A DNA stretch of 63,904 bases, counting the filler, from Saprolegnia diclina VS20 (lineage: Eukaryota), in the NCBI RefSeq assembly GCF_000281045.1. It is 9 parts of 3 records of this genome, joined end to end, with 100 filler letters (N's around TTAATTAATTAA, not from the genome) between each part and the next. Parts side by side here need not be neighbours in the genome. Positions count along the whole stretch, not along the records: positions 6,669 to 24,238 come from NW_008246093.1; 8 more parts are not named here. The stretch is one strand, 5' to 3'. The notes beneath the pieces are model-generated. The model searched no databases. It was not told the DNA's origin and saw nothing but the letters and a program-made list of their open reading frames with translations. This document shows positions 10,740 through 23,662 of this stretch, in pieces. The position numbers and the translations under genes are program-made. How positions within the stretch are numbered: the stretch's first letter is position 1; every line of letters begins with the position of its first letter.

Positions 10740-12976
10740 TTAGCTTTTGCGACCAGTGCGCTTGCGCTTGGAGGCGAGCAAGACACGAAGCTGCGTCTGG
10801 AGCTCGGCGTCCTGGACCAACGCTGCTTTCTTCTCAAGTTGCTCAAGTGTCGTCGTCCCGTCGGCTGCCCAGAGATGACAAATGACGAGCGCCAGCGCCC
10901 AGTCCACAACACCACCAGCGTTCCGTAGCGTTGACGCACGCGCCGTCACGCTGGGGGCCAGCTGGAGGCTTCGGCTGGCCATTCTGCCTTGCTCTTGGAG
11001 CTCTTTTGTGATCAACTGGAGGATCGTCGCACGGCGGCGGTCGGGAAGCGCGAGCAGGTCGAGAAGAAAGCGAATGTTGTCGAGGTGGTTGGTCGCATCC
11101 ATGCAGTACGGCAGCAAGAACTTGCTCTCCGTCACAAACTGTCGACGACCGGCCATTTCAACGAGGCACTTGCGCGGCTTACCAATCTTGGCAGCGAGGA
11201 GGAAGCGCATCGCCTCGGTGTTGTGGCTGCTGGACGCCACGACAAGGAGCTCATCGTGTCGGAGCTGTGGCTGCCGCTGCAGAATGTGCGCCACGTCCTC
11301 GAGGTGACCACCGCGTAGCACCTGCTTGAGCGCATCGAGCGATACATCCGCTGTGCAGTGGGCCGCGAGAAAGTGCACAACGCCCCACGCCTTGTTTTGG
11401 ATCGCTGATTCCAAAACGTCGGGCCCACAGCGCGTGTTGGGGTGCGCATGGAGGTACGCCACAAGTGGTACATTGTTGAGCGCAGAGGCTCTCGCCATCC
11501 ACGTAGCGCTCCACGAGCCGCCATTGTCGAGGAAAAACCGAAGGACGTCGACCATGTTGGACGTCTGGAAGGTTGCTTGATCCCACAGTACCTGCGACGA
11601 GGTCGGGCTCGGGTAGCCACGCGAGACGAAGTACTCGGCAACGCGCAGATGCCCGAAGTCCAGTGCGCAGTCAACAGCGCCGCTGCTGCCTTCGGTACAG
11701 TGCGCCACTAGGTACTTGACTACGCTGAAATGACCATACAAAGCGGCATTGTCGATGGCGGCGACGAGGCAACCCGCCGAGTTCAAAGTATGGAGGTACT
11801 CCACGATCGCGAGGTGTCCGTTGGCGGCAGCATTGCTCAGCGAATTGAACGACGCGGCTACGATGCACTGCTCAATGAGGAAGCGGACGACGTCAAGGTG
11901 GCCTTTCGTAATGGCGCCGTCAAGCGCCTTGTACGTGCAGCCTTCGGTTCGGTTGAAGTGGAGAAACTGAACGACCTCCAAATGACCGTTGGCCGCCGCC
12001 TCATCCATGGCCTTGACGGTGCAGCCCTCGCGTCGGTTCGAGTGAAGAAAGCGAACGACGTCCAGGTGGCCGTTGGCCGCAGCGCCGTCCAGGGCAAAGA
12101 CAGTGCAGCCTTCTGTCCGGTTCACGTGCAGAAAGACGACGACGTCGAGGTGGCCATACGTAGCTGCATCGTCCATGGCCGACGTCGAGCACGCGACACC
12201 GCGCTCGTGGAGCGATTGCACGAGTGGCAGAAACCCCTGCGCCGCGAGGTCAATCATGATGCACGGATAGCCAAACCATGGAAAGAGGTCGAGCACCACC
12301 GTCGCGTTCGCCAGCGTCGCGCAACGCATGGCGCGGCGACGGTCGTACTCGTCAAAGTCCTCGGGGCGCAAGCCAAAACGCTGCAGCAACACGAGGACCG
12401 TTGCATCCTGCCGTCCCAGCGTTCGGCGCAAATAGCAGCTAAACAACTCGTACCACACGGAGCCTACGTCATCCCATCCTTTCATTCTTCGATAGCGCAC
12501 ATCGCAAATGTACCCAGAGTACGCCGACGAATGCCGCGTTGGTAGACCTCTGGGACGTGCGCACGCTGCTCCAGGAAGTATGCGCAAATCTCGAGACGGT
12601 CCATGACAAAAGCCAAGACAATGGCGTCCTCCGACCCGAGGTCCGGACGGCAACGTAGAAGGCGCTTGGTCAGCGGCACAAAGCCTAGGGCAATGGCCAG
12701 ATGCAGCGGGAGGCGAGCGTCGCGCTGGCGCCTGCGGAGCGCATACGTGTCAAAGCCAAAGATGTGGCAGTCTCGAGGCCACGATACGTTTGGCGCAAAG
12801 GCCGAGCCAAACGACACGTCGCACTCGTACGAGCCTCGTGCGGCGTCAAACTCGACGAGCTCGTTGCAAGCAGACATGGCTCGGCGCACGTCCTCGTAGA
12901 CGCCGCCCTGAAACGCAAGCACCATCGATGCAATCTCGGGCTGGCCGAGCACGGCACTGCGAAACGTTGCTTCCAT
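10740..12976 (-). CDS. Ankyrin-repeat protein, copy 5 (complete, 2 exons)
   Basis: MEATFRSAVLGQPEIAS start; a 50-nt intron at 12464-12513 restores the frame. At least 7 GCT.xAMD.AA.GHL repeats. Ends LASKRKRTGRKS*. Confidence 0.88.
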
Positions 12977-13444
12977 ATGTGTCTTCCAACGGGTTGGCCA
13001 ACTGAATAATCGTTGCTCCCCAAGTGGTTCATTGAGGTCACTTGACATCATGAGCGAGAATCTGCCAAGTCCGTTTGTCATAAACTGTCCGTGATGCACC
13101 CTGCCCTGTCCCATTTTTTCTACAATCGGTCGCCGTCTTCATCGTTGTCGCTTGGCTTCACTGTCTTGTGCGATGAGACGGCAGTCGTCTGAACACTCTG
13201 GCCAAGCGTCGCTCTGGGCACCAAACCATTGTTGCCGCACATGTGTTGAGTACTGACGAAATGCACTCACTCGATATTCATAATGGTCTAACATAACTAG
13301 GTGCTACGGTCAATCGCGCTTTCGATTGGCCGCCATAAGGGCCCCACGCACTTTCTTAGCGCGAGGTTTGGGCGTGGCGTCACTCGCAGTGGATCGTGCG
13401 CATTTTCGGCTGATCTTATGAATAGATAGTTCGTCTCGCATTGT

Positions 13445-13690
13445 GGAGCTGGAGCTCGGCGTCGTATCTTCTTCTCGAGTTGGTCGACGGTGGCCGGTTG
13501 CCCAAACGTGGCCAATGACGAGAAGAACCGTCCTGTCGACAACCTTGCCAGCCTGCAGCAGCGTCGTAGCGCAAGCTCCCAGACTCGGAATAGATGGATG
13601 CTTTGGTGGACCTCTCGTCCTTGTTGATGAGCTCAGACGTGACGACTGCAGCGTTGTCGTGCGGCGGCGTCATTGGCTAGATGCAATACG
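13445..13690 (-). pseudogene. Degraded 3' relic of the ankyrin family
   Basis: Broken-frame matches to the family C-terminus: RRRTTTLQ.., ATTLLQAGKVVDRTVLLVIGHVWAT, DQLEKK..DAELQL. Confidence 0.55.
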
Positions 13691-13769
13691 AGCAAATACT
13701 CGACAAGTCCAAGCATGCAAACATGAGTCTCTTAAGATCCGGGTCCTACGGTAATCGCATGCACGACAT

Positions 13770-16700
13770 TTACTCTTCTTCATCGTCCTCTTCTTCGTTC
13801 TCTTCGTCGTTCTCTCCGTCCTCGTTGGCAGCCTCGTTGGCGTTCTTGAGCTGCAGCAAGAGCGAGACAGCAAAGTGGAGCTTGGCTGCCATGGCCGTCA
13901 TTGTCTCCGACTGCGCGTCGACCTTGGCTTTGAGCGCCTCAATCTCGTCGTGGAGCTGCGTCTTCTCGGTGTCTTCATTCTCCTCGGTCGTCGGCGCAAT
14001 GGCTTCGGCCACTTTGTCCAGAACGGCGTCCGAGACCTTTTGCAGCTGTGCGTCCATCGTCGAGCGCTGCGCCATCTGGAAGAGCAGCATGCACTCGGCA
14101 CGCGCACTCATGTCCTTGGCGTCAAACTTGGGCGCCCAGAGCCGCAGCAGCTTGTCCTTGAGCTGTCCGAGCTTCTTCTTGAGGTGCGACTGCAGCGCCG
14201 AGAGCACCTTGTCGCGGTACGCGCCGCGGGTCTTGCGCGCGTCGTCCACAATGGCCGTGAGCTGGCTCCGGGCCGTCTCCAAGTGCTTCAAGTCGTCGGC
14301 AAACACCGTCTGCACCGGGTGCGACGTAAAGTGTGCCACGTGCAAGAGCGCATCACGAAGGTAGCGAAGCTCCGTCTCGATCGTCCCATCCAGCTCGTCG
14401 ACCAGCGTCGCCCACGCCGCGCGGTTGGCCGCCTCAGTCTGGAGCTCGGTGGCTTGGTCTTCACCGAGGTCGAGGAGACCCTTGGGTACACGCTCGGTAA
14501 AGATCGGGTTGAGCCACTCGGCTTGCTTGATCATGGACGTCGATGCCTTGGTCGTAAAGTAGGTGAGGGCGTGCGTGTCGTCGGCCGTGAGGTTCATCGA
14601 CGTCTCGAGACGCAAGATGCACTGCGCATAACTGATGAGCGCTTGCGTCTTGGCCTTCTCGAGACCGCCGTCGACCGTCTTGTTCATCATGGCGAGCAAA
14701 ACGTTGAGGAGGATGATGACCATGATGGCCACGTGCAGCATCATCAAAAGCGCGGTGGCCACATACATGCTCGACGCATGATCCTCTTTCGAGTCGCCAA
14801 ACGCGTCGAGCGAGTCGAGCGCGAGCTCGCCAAACGAGACGTAGTACGTCGTCATGAACGCCTGCCCGAGACTGCCAAACTTGTGGAGACTGTCGTCCAT
14901 GCCGCGGAAGAGCTGGTAAAACGTGAGCGTAAAACCCACTTGGAAGACGCCAAAGAGGATGAAGAAGTTCCAAATGTCCCCAAAGAGGTCCGACATCATC
15001 GGCATCAAGAAGCTGGCCGACGGCACGACCTCCAAGAACTGAAGCGAGAGGACCCAAAGCGCGAGCGTGAGGAAGCCCGAGAGACCAAACTCCACTTCAT
15101 CGACCGCGCTGATCCAGCCGAGCTTGATAGGCACAAAGAGAAAGAGGATGACGACGTAAACGAGCAGCTGCGCCTTGTTGGTGTGCGACGCAAAGTACGC
15201 GCGAAAGTCGTCGCGCATCTCGCCGCGCTCCGTGACGACAAAGTAGAGCGCCGTGAGCCAGAGCACGACCGTGTTGACGACCGGAAACCACTTGGAAATG
15301 TGCATGAGGTGGGCGAAAATGGCCAAAAGAACCACAACGATGAGCGTGATGGCGACCGAGGCGCCGTAGAGGAGAGACGTCGCCGCTTCCTTCTTGGAGC
15401 GGAGGTCCGGGATCACGACGTCCGGGTCAAGGACGCGGCTCTTGTCGTACTGGTAGCGCGCCCAGCCCCAAAAAACACTCGGTTCGAGCTGGCCAATCAC
15501 GAGGAACGCCGAGAGGACAAAGAGCCACGCCGAAATGCCAACAACGCACGCCGCCGTCGACGGCGAGTCGCCAATGAACGACGACGTCGTCATCGTGAAG
15601 AGAAGGAGTACGTTCATGAGCAGCTGCTGGAGGTACATGCGCTTCCCAAAGAGCTCCCACTTGATCGCGAGGAGCCGGCGAAAGACAATATGCTCCAACA
15701 AAGCCTTCTTGGTCGCAAACGTCTCTTCTTTTGCGTCGACGTTGAGAACCGCGTAGAGCGCACTCGCCTTGGCCGTCGTGCCGTACACTGCGTCCATCTA
15801 TCGACACCATCGTCAGGATTGTATCAAGTTGATACTCGTGACCTACGTGCTGAAAGGCCGCTTCGTGCCGATGCAGCGTGACGCAGTCGTTGAGGAACTT
15901 GAGCCCGAGCTTGGCGCTGACAGTAATCGCTCTCGCAAAGCCGCCTTGGTGGAAGACGTCGTCGATGGACATGGTCACCATGCTCAACGCTTGCTTTTCT
16001 TGGTACTCGGGCGAGTTTTCGCGGATCTGGAGCTCCTTCTTGAGGAGCGAGAGGAGTTGCCCTTCCGGCAGCTTTTCGTCATCGGCGGCACCGCCAGCGC
16101 GCGACAGCGCTTGCTCGAGCTGTGATAGCACCGAGTCGCCGTTCTACACAATCGAGGGTTAGGGTTTAGAGCACGAGTCCGACCCATTACCTTGTCGGTG
16201 AGATACACTTCGGCCGATGCTTCGAGAAGAAGACCGACGACCTTCATGTGGCAGCCCTTGGCCGCGAGCATGAGCGCAGTCTTGCCTTCCTACACAGCCG
16301 ACGCGTCAGACGGACGCGTGGTGGTCGAGGTTAGGTGGTACTACCTTGTTTTGGAGATCGACGTTGACCGATTTCGACACGAGAAACTTGACGTAGTCGT
16401 TGCGGCCGAGACTGGCGGCCACCATGAGCGCGGTCTCTCCGTCCTAAAAAAGTCCCACTCAGATCTCTTAGAGACTGAGAGAGCGGCAGCTACCTCGTCT
16501 TGCTTGTCGAGGTCAATGTCGGTCGCACAAATGTCGTTGAGCGTTTCCTCGGAGAACGACCCGCGCATCGCCGCGTGCATGGCCGTCTGCTTGCGCTAGA
16601 TCACACATTGTGTGAGCTCTGCCGTACGACAACTACAAGTGGCCTACCGCGTCCAGCTGCCGCGCTGCGGCCACATTCGGGAGGTTCAGAAGGAAGAAGC

Positions 16701-18973
16701 CAATGTCAAAGAGGGCTAGCTCCCAGCGGTCATAGACGAGAAGCTCGCTAGGTGTCGCGTTCGTCCGCAGCTCGGCCAGTGACGCCTACGCCGTCATGAT
16801 GCAACCTTGGACGCAACCAATAGGTGTGTCGTACAGCGTTGGTGTCGTCGTCAACGACCGGGTCGGCCCCGGCTGCGAGCAAAAGGCGCACGATCTTGAC
16901 ATGGTCGTTGTCGACGGCATAGTCCAAAGCGCTTTGGTCGGTCTAGCATTGTAGAATATCGTCAATATCCTTGGTGCCACAAATGCATGTGTCCTACCTC
17001 CTCGGAGCGCTGGTTGAGGTCGAGGTGGGGCTGCGTCAAGAGCAGCTTCAGGAACGCAACGTTCCCGCATTCGCAAACGTGGTGCAACACCGACATGCCC
17101 TACATCTCCCATCTGGTCAGGACGCGCGGCTTGCAATGTTTCAGCAAAAGTACCCCTTCGATCTTGTTGATCACGTCGGCCGGCAAAGGTTCTTGGAGCA
17201 CCTGGCGCAGCTCGGTCCAGTTCCGCGCCGCCGCAAGCCCCGAGAGGCCGTTGTTGGAGGTACTCGTCATCTTGCACTGGCCAGCACACTCATGCGGCGC
17301 CGTCCCCGTCAAGTACTCGGCCCACTGCAGGTACGAGTCGGGCTACATTTTAGGAGTCAACAACGCCTCGGGAGGATGCCAGAACGATACCAAATGGGCA
17401 AAGTCGAGCCCCACTTTGCCCTTGCAGCTCAAAGCGTGGATCGCGCGCATCAAGCGCGACGGCACCGTGCCCGTGGGGTTCTCTGCACAAAAGAGACTGT
17501 GGCGCGCGAGCATGTCCAGCGCCGTCCGCCCTTCCTACATGGTATATCCTCTAAGACCTTGGAACACGGGAGGACGCGTACGTTGTCCTTGGCGCTCACG
17601 GCATCGGCTGGAAGGTACGGCAACAGGCGGTACAGCACTTGATCGGCGTCGCGGAGGTCGTCCAACCGGAGAGCCGCGTGCATGAGCGGTGTACGCCCCA
17701 TCTACGCATCCGAGGCTTAGATCTTGGTGCGTCATAAACACGGGAAATAAGCTATTCTTATTCCCTTGGTCCCAAAGTTGGCGTACCGTATCGGGGGTCG
17801 TCAGCGCCGTTGCTATCTCCTCGTCAACGTCGTCGCCGTGCTTGGCGCGCATCTCGATAAGCCACGCCTCGAAGCGGTCGACCTTGTTGGTACGCACAAG
17901 CGCGTGGACGGGAAATGCTTGGCGAAACTCAGCTTCGGCTTCCAAAAGAGCAAGAAGACGGGCGTTCTCCGTCAAGTCGGCGGGGCGCTCGCCGGCCTAT
18001 TGATCGCGATTCGCGGGGTTTGATTGGGAGATGGGAAACATACCTCGTTGACAGCGTCGATGCTGTGGCCTTCGGCGAGGACGCCGTCGAGCGTCTGCAC
18101 AACGTCGTCTTCATCTTCGTCCTCCTCGGACGCGTTGCGGATCACATAGTGCAACGCCGTGTCACCATCCTACGCAAGACGGCGCTTCGATAAGACGACG
18201 TGCAATGGAGAAGAGAGAGTACCGCAGCGCGCACAAAAACATCGGCGCCGGCCGCCACGAGGACGGCCGCACACTCGTCGTCGGCGTTGGACAGGGCGAC
18301 CAGATACGGCGTCTCGCCGTCCTAGCACGTTCGAGGGTTAGGGTACGACGATACATCATGTCTTTTGTACATTGTTGATGACGTCGACGGACGGGTAACG
18401 CGGAAGGAGCCAGCGAAGCGCGTTCATGGCGCTGTGGTCCGCTGCGTGGTGCAATAGCGTGTTGCCGTTCTACTGAGAATGAGAATGGCACGCATGACAA
18501 GTGCACTACCGTTGGTGACACGACGTTGAGCGGGTCGGGAATGATGTCCCAGAGGTATGTTACGATGTGGAGCTGGTTGTAGGCGACCGCACGCTGCATC
18601 GTCATCCAAGCAAACTACATGCGCGATGGCGTCATGAGCCCACTTTGTTATGACAGAAACACAGCGGGAACGGACGTTGGGAATGGTCTCGTACGGCGTC
18701 GATTCGATCAAAGCTTGGACGACCGGCAACGAGCCCGAGAGCGCGGCCATCGACAGCACCGAGTCGCCGTCCTAGGAGACGTCAGCATTTTTCAAGGAGA
18801 TGAAAGAGAGACCTCGTCGAGGCTCGTGAGGTCGTCGTCGGTGACAGCGCCGGGCGTCCGGAGGCGCCAAAGCACTTCATTTTCTTTGCTCTTGGTCATG
18901 AGCTCGACGAGCGTCAGGCTCTCGAGACTCGTGTCGTCGTCGCTGGCAGAACCCGTCGTGTCACTGCGGTGCA
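13770..18973 (-). CDS. TRP-family (TRPV/TRPA-like) cation channel with N-terminal ankyrin repeats, multi-exon
   Basis: Ankyrin exons (LSMAALSGSLPVVQAL, GRTPLMHAA, GKTALMLAAKGCH), pre-S1 LLAIKWELFG, pore FGSLGQAFMTTYYVSFGEL, S6 LLNVLLAMMNKT, C-terminal coiled coil and acidic tail. Start codon tentative. Confidence 0.85.
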
Positions 18974-20379
18974 TTGCTGCTGCTGTTCCGTTCAAGAATG
19001 ACCGAGTAGTCCGTTTTCCCAAGCGGCGCGTCGACTGTGCGGGTTGTAGTTGCAGTGTGGGACATGGCACGGTCTGATGGCCAATGGTCAATGATGGTCC
19101 AGGAGCTTCGTCCTAAGATGCTTTTGGTTTGTCCGAGACCCGGACAGAATTTGTTGCTATCTCATGCACCCGGTTTGGCCAGCGTATCGATGGCGCGCTT
19201 TGCGTCGACAAGAGAGGCGTCGAGCGCGGGCTGCGAGAGCTACGAGAACGTCCTGCGTATGCGGCAACAAGGAGTACGTGGCCTTCCTCGTAACGACTAG
19301 TTTGAAAACAATAACGTCTGTAGCCCTCGTAACACAGCTCTTGGTCACCGACGGCGCATGGCACGTCGTCCCATGGCCACGGCACCCAGATTCGTCGAGC
19401 GTTGCACACAATTTGTCTGTTGAAAACTCAGAAACACGTAGTACTCAGATGGTTGTGAAGTAGCCATCGCACCCATGACTGTGTCTGGTTGTGGAAATAT
19501 CATATTTGGAGCGTCGAATCATCAACCTTTCTGTGCGAGGCTTTTCTAGACAATGGTGCCCATGAATAGCCTGTGGCAGCAAAGGCCGATGGCGCGAGGC
19601 AACACAAGTTAAGATAGCGGTTAAGATAAGATCTAAAGCGGTGTCGACCAGGCGGCTCAGGCTCGCAACGAAGGAAAACCATGCGGTGTGTGACTCACAC
19701 CTGTCGAGTTGTCGGCCATGAGAATGATTAATTTTTAGAGAATAAAAATTGGTTTTCGGGAGTGCTGGCGGACGAAGCCAAGCATTTCTGCTTCGGCTGC
19801 TAAAGGCAAAAGTCAACCCGCCGCGCCACACCCGATTGCCGGTTTAGCCCCAAGCCTCGCGTTCCACGCCTCTGCTTGCACAGCAAGGTAGCAAACGTAG
19901 GAAAAGTGCAAGATCGGGAAGAATAGCACTACACCTGCCGTGTCGTTGTCCAGCACCTCCTTCATCCCTGCTTCATCCCAGCCTCTCCATCGAGGCTTAG
20001 TATCGCCCATAGTTGGCACAGTAACACAAAATCCTTTGGAAAGCAGAGCAGACAACTTTATGGCACCGAGACAGTCCTGCAACACACAATACCGTATACA
20101 AGATAGATAGCATTGCTCTTTAAATCGTTAAAAAGCAAATTTCCACATTGGCACGCCGTAAGCCGTTCGGCAATGGCGTTGGGCGCCTCCAGGCCTACAT
20201 AATTCGACCCTCGTTCGCCCTAGATTCGCGAAACAAATGAAACTATACCTTGACCGATAGCGCAGTGGTACCCGTTCGAGCTATCCAAACGGTTAGCTTC
20301 GACTCGTGGTCCTCTGTCGGTTATCTACTCGCAGCCAGCAAGTGCGATGGACAGGGGCAATATCTTGATTCCTTCTGCG

Positions 20380-21683
20380 TTAGCCAAAGTGGGTCATTTG
20401 GTTCAAATCAAAATCGTCATCGTCGTCGTCGTCATCATCAACGTGCACCGTGTCGGGCGACGAGACAGTAAGGAGTTGAATGCCGGCGCCGCCTTCGAGA
20501 AACACCAACGGCGCATCATCAAACTCGCTAGGCGAGGACGCGCTGTTGTCGCAGCCACACGAGCACTCGAGATCGAGCGCCGACCGGAGGTACTCCCACA
20601 TGTCGTCTTGGCTCCACACGGCTACGTCCTTCGGCTTGATCGCGTCACCGCGGAGTGCCATGAGGTCGAGCGACATCTCCAGCAGCGCCTCGACGTCGAC
20701 GTCGTCGTTACCGTCGTCCGACGACGGTGCCGTGCTGCCATCGTCCGACGCTACGGCCCACGACGCAGCATTTGCGATCGCTGCAATGTCGCCCGACATG
20801 ACCAGCTGCGAGAGGTTAACGAGCGACGGGCCGTTGAGGAGCGGCGGCACGTCCATCGGCAGTGCCGCCATGGTCTGTGAGAGCGATACGACGTCGATAT
20901 CAAGCCGCGCTTTCTTCTTCTCCGAAGGCCGGCCAATTTGGCCAGCGTTGTTAAAGTCGGGGTGGAGCTCCTTGAAGCGGCGCTTGACTTGCTCTTGCGT
21001 CCGGCCCTACACCACTGGTACGTCTATTCCACGACCACAATGGCGATCGTACGGGCAAGAGCTTGGCGATCTTGGACCACTGGTTGCCGCAGCTCGTGAA
21101 AGCAGCCTCGAGCGCATCGTCCTCCGAGCCCGTAAACTCGCTGCGAGCGACTCACAAGTCAACGTCGGACGCGAAAAGGTAGATAGGACGTACCCGCGCT
21201 TGATGGACGGGTCGAGGTGGTTGATCCAGCGCTCGCGACATTGCTTGGGCCTACCTGCGTATTGAGGTGGCGTACATTGCAAGCGGACGTACGTGCGCCC
21301 CGCAATACGCGGTGCCACGTCCTTCCAGCGAATCGTGTTCTTGTTAGGAAGGTCGAGGACAATATCGCGCAGGGCCTTGTCTTCTTGGTACGACCAATGA
21401 CCTTTGACGAGGCCGGGCTTGAGCACTTTTTGCCAGCGCTGAAGGCACTGCGCGTCGTCGCGGCCGGGCACGAGGTCAGCGACCGCCTGGCTGCGTGTTT
21501 GATCCTCATGTAGGGAGATGGAACGACGTACCCGCCAGTTGCGGTCCTTGTAGACCTCCATGGCCTTGGTCAGCGCTTCGTCCTACGAGGTACGATGGCC
21601 TCGAGCGTCAGCGCAGTAGCGGCTACCTGCGCGGGCGTCCACGGGCCGGTCGTCGGGAACGTGCTTGCGTCGTCGTCGGCCAT
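20380..21683 (-). CDS. Three-repeat (R1R2R3) Myb transcription factor
   Basis: GPWTPAQ.., GRDDAQCLQRWQKVLKPGLVKGHWSYQED, KQCRERWINHLDPSIKRG, GNQWSKIAKLLP/GRTQEQVKRRF across short introns; acidic C-terminus. Confidence 0.9.
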
Positions 21684-22560
21684 TGTAACTCTGGCACAAG
21701 TCCGGATAGCTGCCAGACGATGGTCATCCCTGCCACGTAGTATTCTATTGCACACTCAAATCCAATATTCGGTGGATTTAATTTTCGGCATCCGGATAAG
21801 GTTGAAAAAGATACGCCCATCAACCTCGAAAGCTTGGTCGAGCGACGGTCGCTGCACAGCTCTGGCGCTGGCCACCGCCAGTCGTACCCGGTACCCGGTG
21901 GAATGGACGGGTCGGAGCGGCGGTGACTGGAGCACGCCCTAGCACAAGGCCTCTTGCTTCGTGCAAATGGTCTGGCGAGAAACAAGGTTGGATGCAGTCG
22001 GCGTGCCGCTAACGTGAGAACGACGCCAGCTCCCAGCGTGGACGTGACAGGTGGCGATCCAAGACACGGCGATTTTGTAGACACAATGGCGTCTCTAGGT
22101 CCAGAGGGGTGGTTGAAAAGTCGACCGACCAACCCTAGTAGTTCGTATTCTACCTTACCGAGGGCGAAATTCTCACTCTTGGTCGTTTTGGACCGCACCA
22201 ACAACAACATAACACAAGTGCTCGAGCATGGTTGCCCTTGACAACGTGACAGTGCGCACTGTGGAGCCTCGCGAGTACCTGGTCTTCGCGACCAACCTTC
22301 CACGTTGCCAAATGTGGCGTCGTCAGTACCTGGTAGTGTCACTGGACGTCTGTCGATCCATGGTAAGTTGTCGTCGTACGTGTCGTCATTGTGCACTGCA
22401 TCGTAGGCGAAGTCTCATTTCCAGTGCTATCGTCGCAAGCTCCAACTGCTCGTTATTGCTTTTTATTATAGATAAGCGCGTAGCATCATCCTCCTTCGTC
22501 GTGCACCCTCGACCGTACGTTGCTACGTTTTTTGCGTCCATTTCTTCAATCACAAACAGC

Positions 22561-23206
22561 ATGGCGAGCGTCTACCGGTGGCTCCTCGCGCTGGCCTTTG
22601 TCGCGGTCGCGCTAGCGCCGGCTACGTCCGCCGACGTCGCCAAGGCGCCTTCGTTCGCTGACGACCACGTCGTCGTCGAGTACTGTGTCTCTTGCGGGTA
22701 CGCCAACAACTTTAAAGAGGTCCAGACGTACCTCGAGACGCACTACCCACACCTGATTGGCCGCGTCACGGGTGGGAACGCGTCGCCGCCCGCGTGGAAG
22801 TACTACTTGGGCACGATCGTCGGCTACGCCCAAGCCGTCGGCTTCATCTTCCTCCTCGCGGGCGAGCACATTCTCAGCGCGCTCAACCTTCCCGCCGACA
22901 TGCCGCTGTTTGTTCAAACGCGCGACAACAAGTTTGCGGTCTTTGCGGGGCTCATGCTCCTCAGCAGCATCTCGCAGTCGATGAGCGCCACCGGCGCGTT
23001 TGAAGTCTACTTGAACGGTATGCAATGACTATGATCAACTACAGGAAGAGATGATACGTGGTAGGAACCCTCGTGTTCTCCAAGATTCGCATGGGCCGCT
23101 GGCCAAATATGCAGGTACGACACCTTTCATACGGGAATGCCACGTGTGAATTATGGGGTAGGAACTGGTGCAAGCGCTCGAAGCTCATGGCTTGCAGCGC
23201 CACTGA
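22561..23206 (+). CDS. SELT: Selenoprotein T-like Rdx-family oxidoreductase, cysteine form
   Basis: Signal peptide, EYCVSCGY, hydrophobic hairpin, TGAFEVYLNGTLVFSKIRMGRWP. Introns 23018-23064 and 23114-23161. Confidence 0.88.
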
Positions 23207-23662
23207 ACCTGCCCTCTCTGGGTATCATCCATCCAGCGTACTGGATGAGCACGAATAAGGACATTCAACTGTCATAATGAGATGAAACCTGGCGACCATA
23301 TTCGTTCACGTCGGAGCTGTGAAAAAGACGAGCGTGAACACACAGCGTCGTTCCTCGGCTGCAACCTCTCTCTGTGGCCCACCGCTCGTTTTGCCGAATG
23401 GGGCATCCGACACTGCGCTGCCGTCACGAAGTGCCGTTTCCATGAAGTGAAAGAGGATTTTCGCGCAAGACCGAGTGTTCCAGACGCCCACGCAAACACA
23501 CGTCACAAGATGGAGGCGCAGAGCAAGCTTGCTCGAGCCACCGACAAAATTATAGTATCAGCAAGGTAACCCGCCTCGCCCACCACTGGGATGGCGAACA
23601 CCAGCACCGGTGTTGCCCCAAGGAAGTTAGCTCAGACTTGTTTGGGGAAATTCTCATAACAT

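Noticed and set aside
19080..20340. Small ORFs between the TRP and Myb genes (likewise 21800-22500, 30900-32300 and 40430-41416)
   Set aside because: Weak codon bias and no motifs; treated as intergenic or unrecognisable relics.
23207..23300. Possible relic SECIS in the SelT 3'UTR (several ATGA)
   Set aside because: The spacing and pairing of a SECIS core are not evident, and there is no in-frame UGA.
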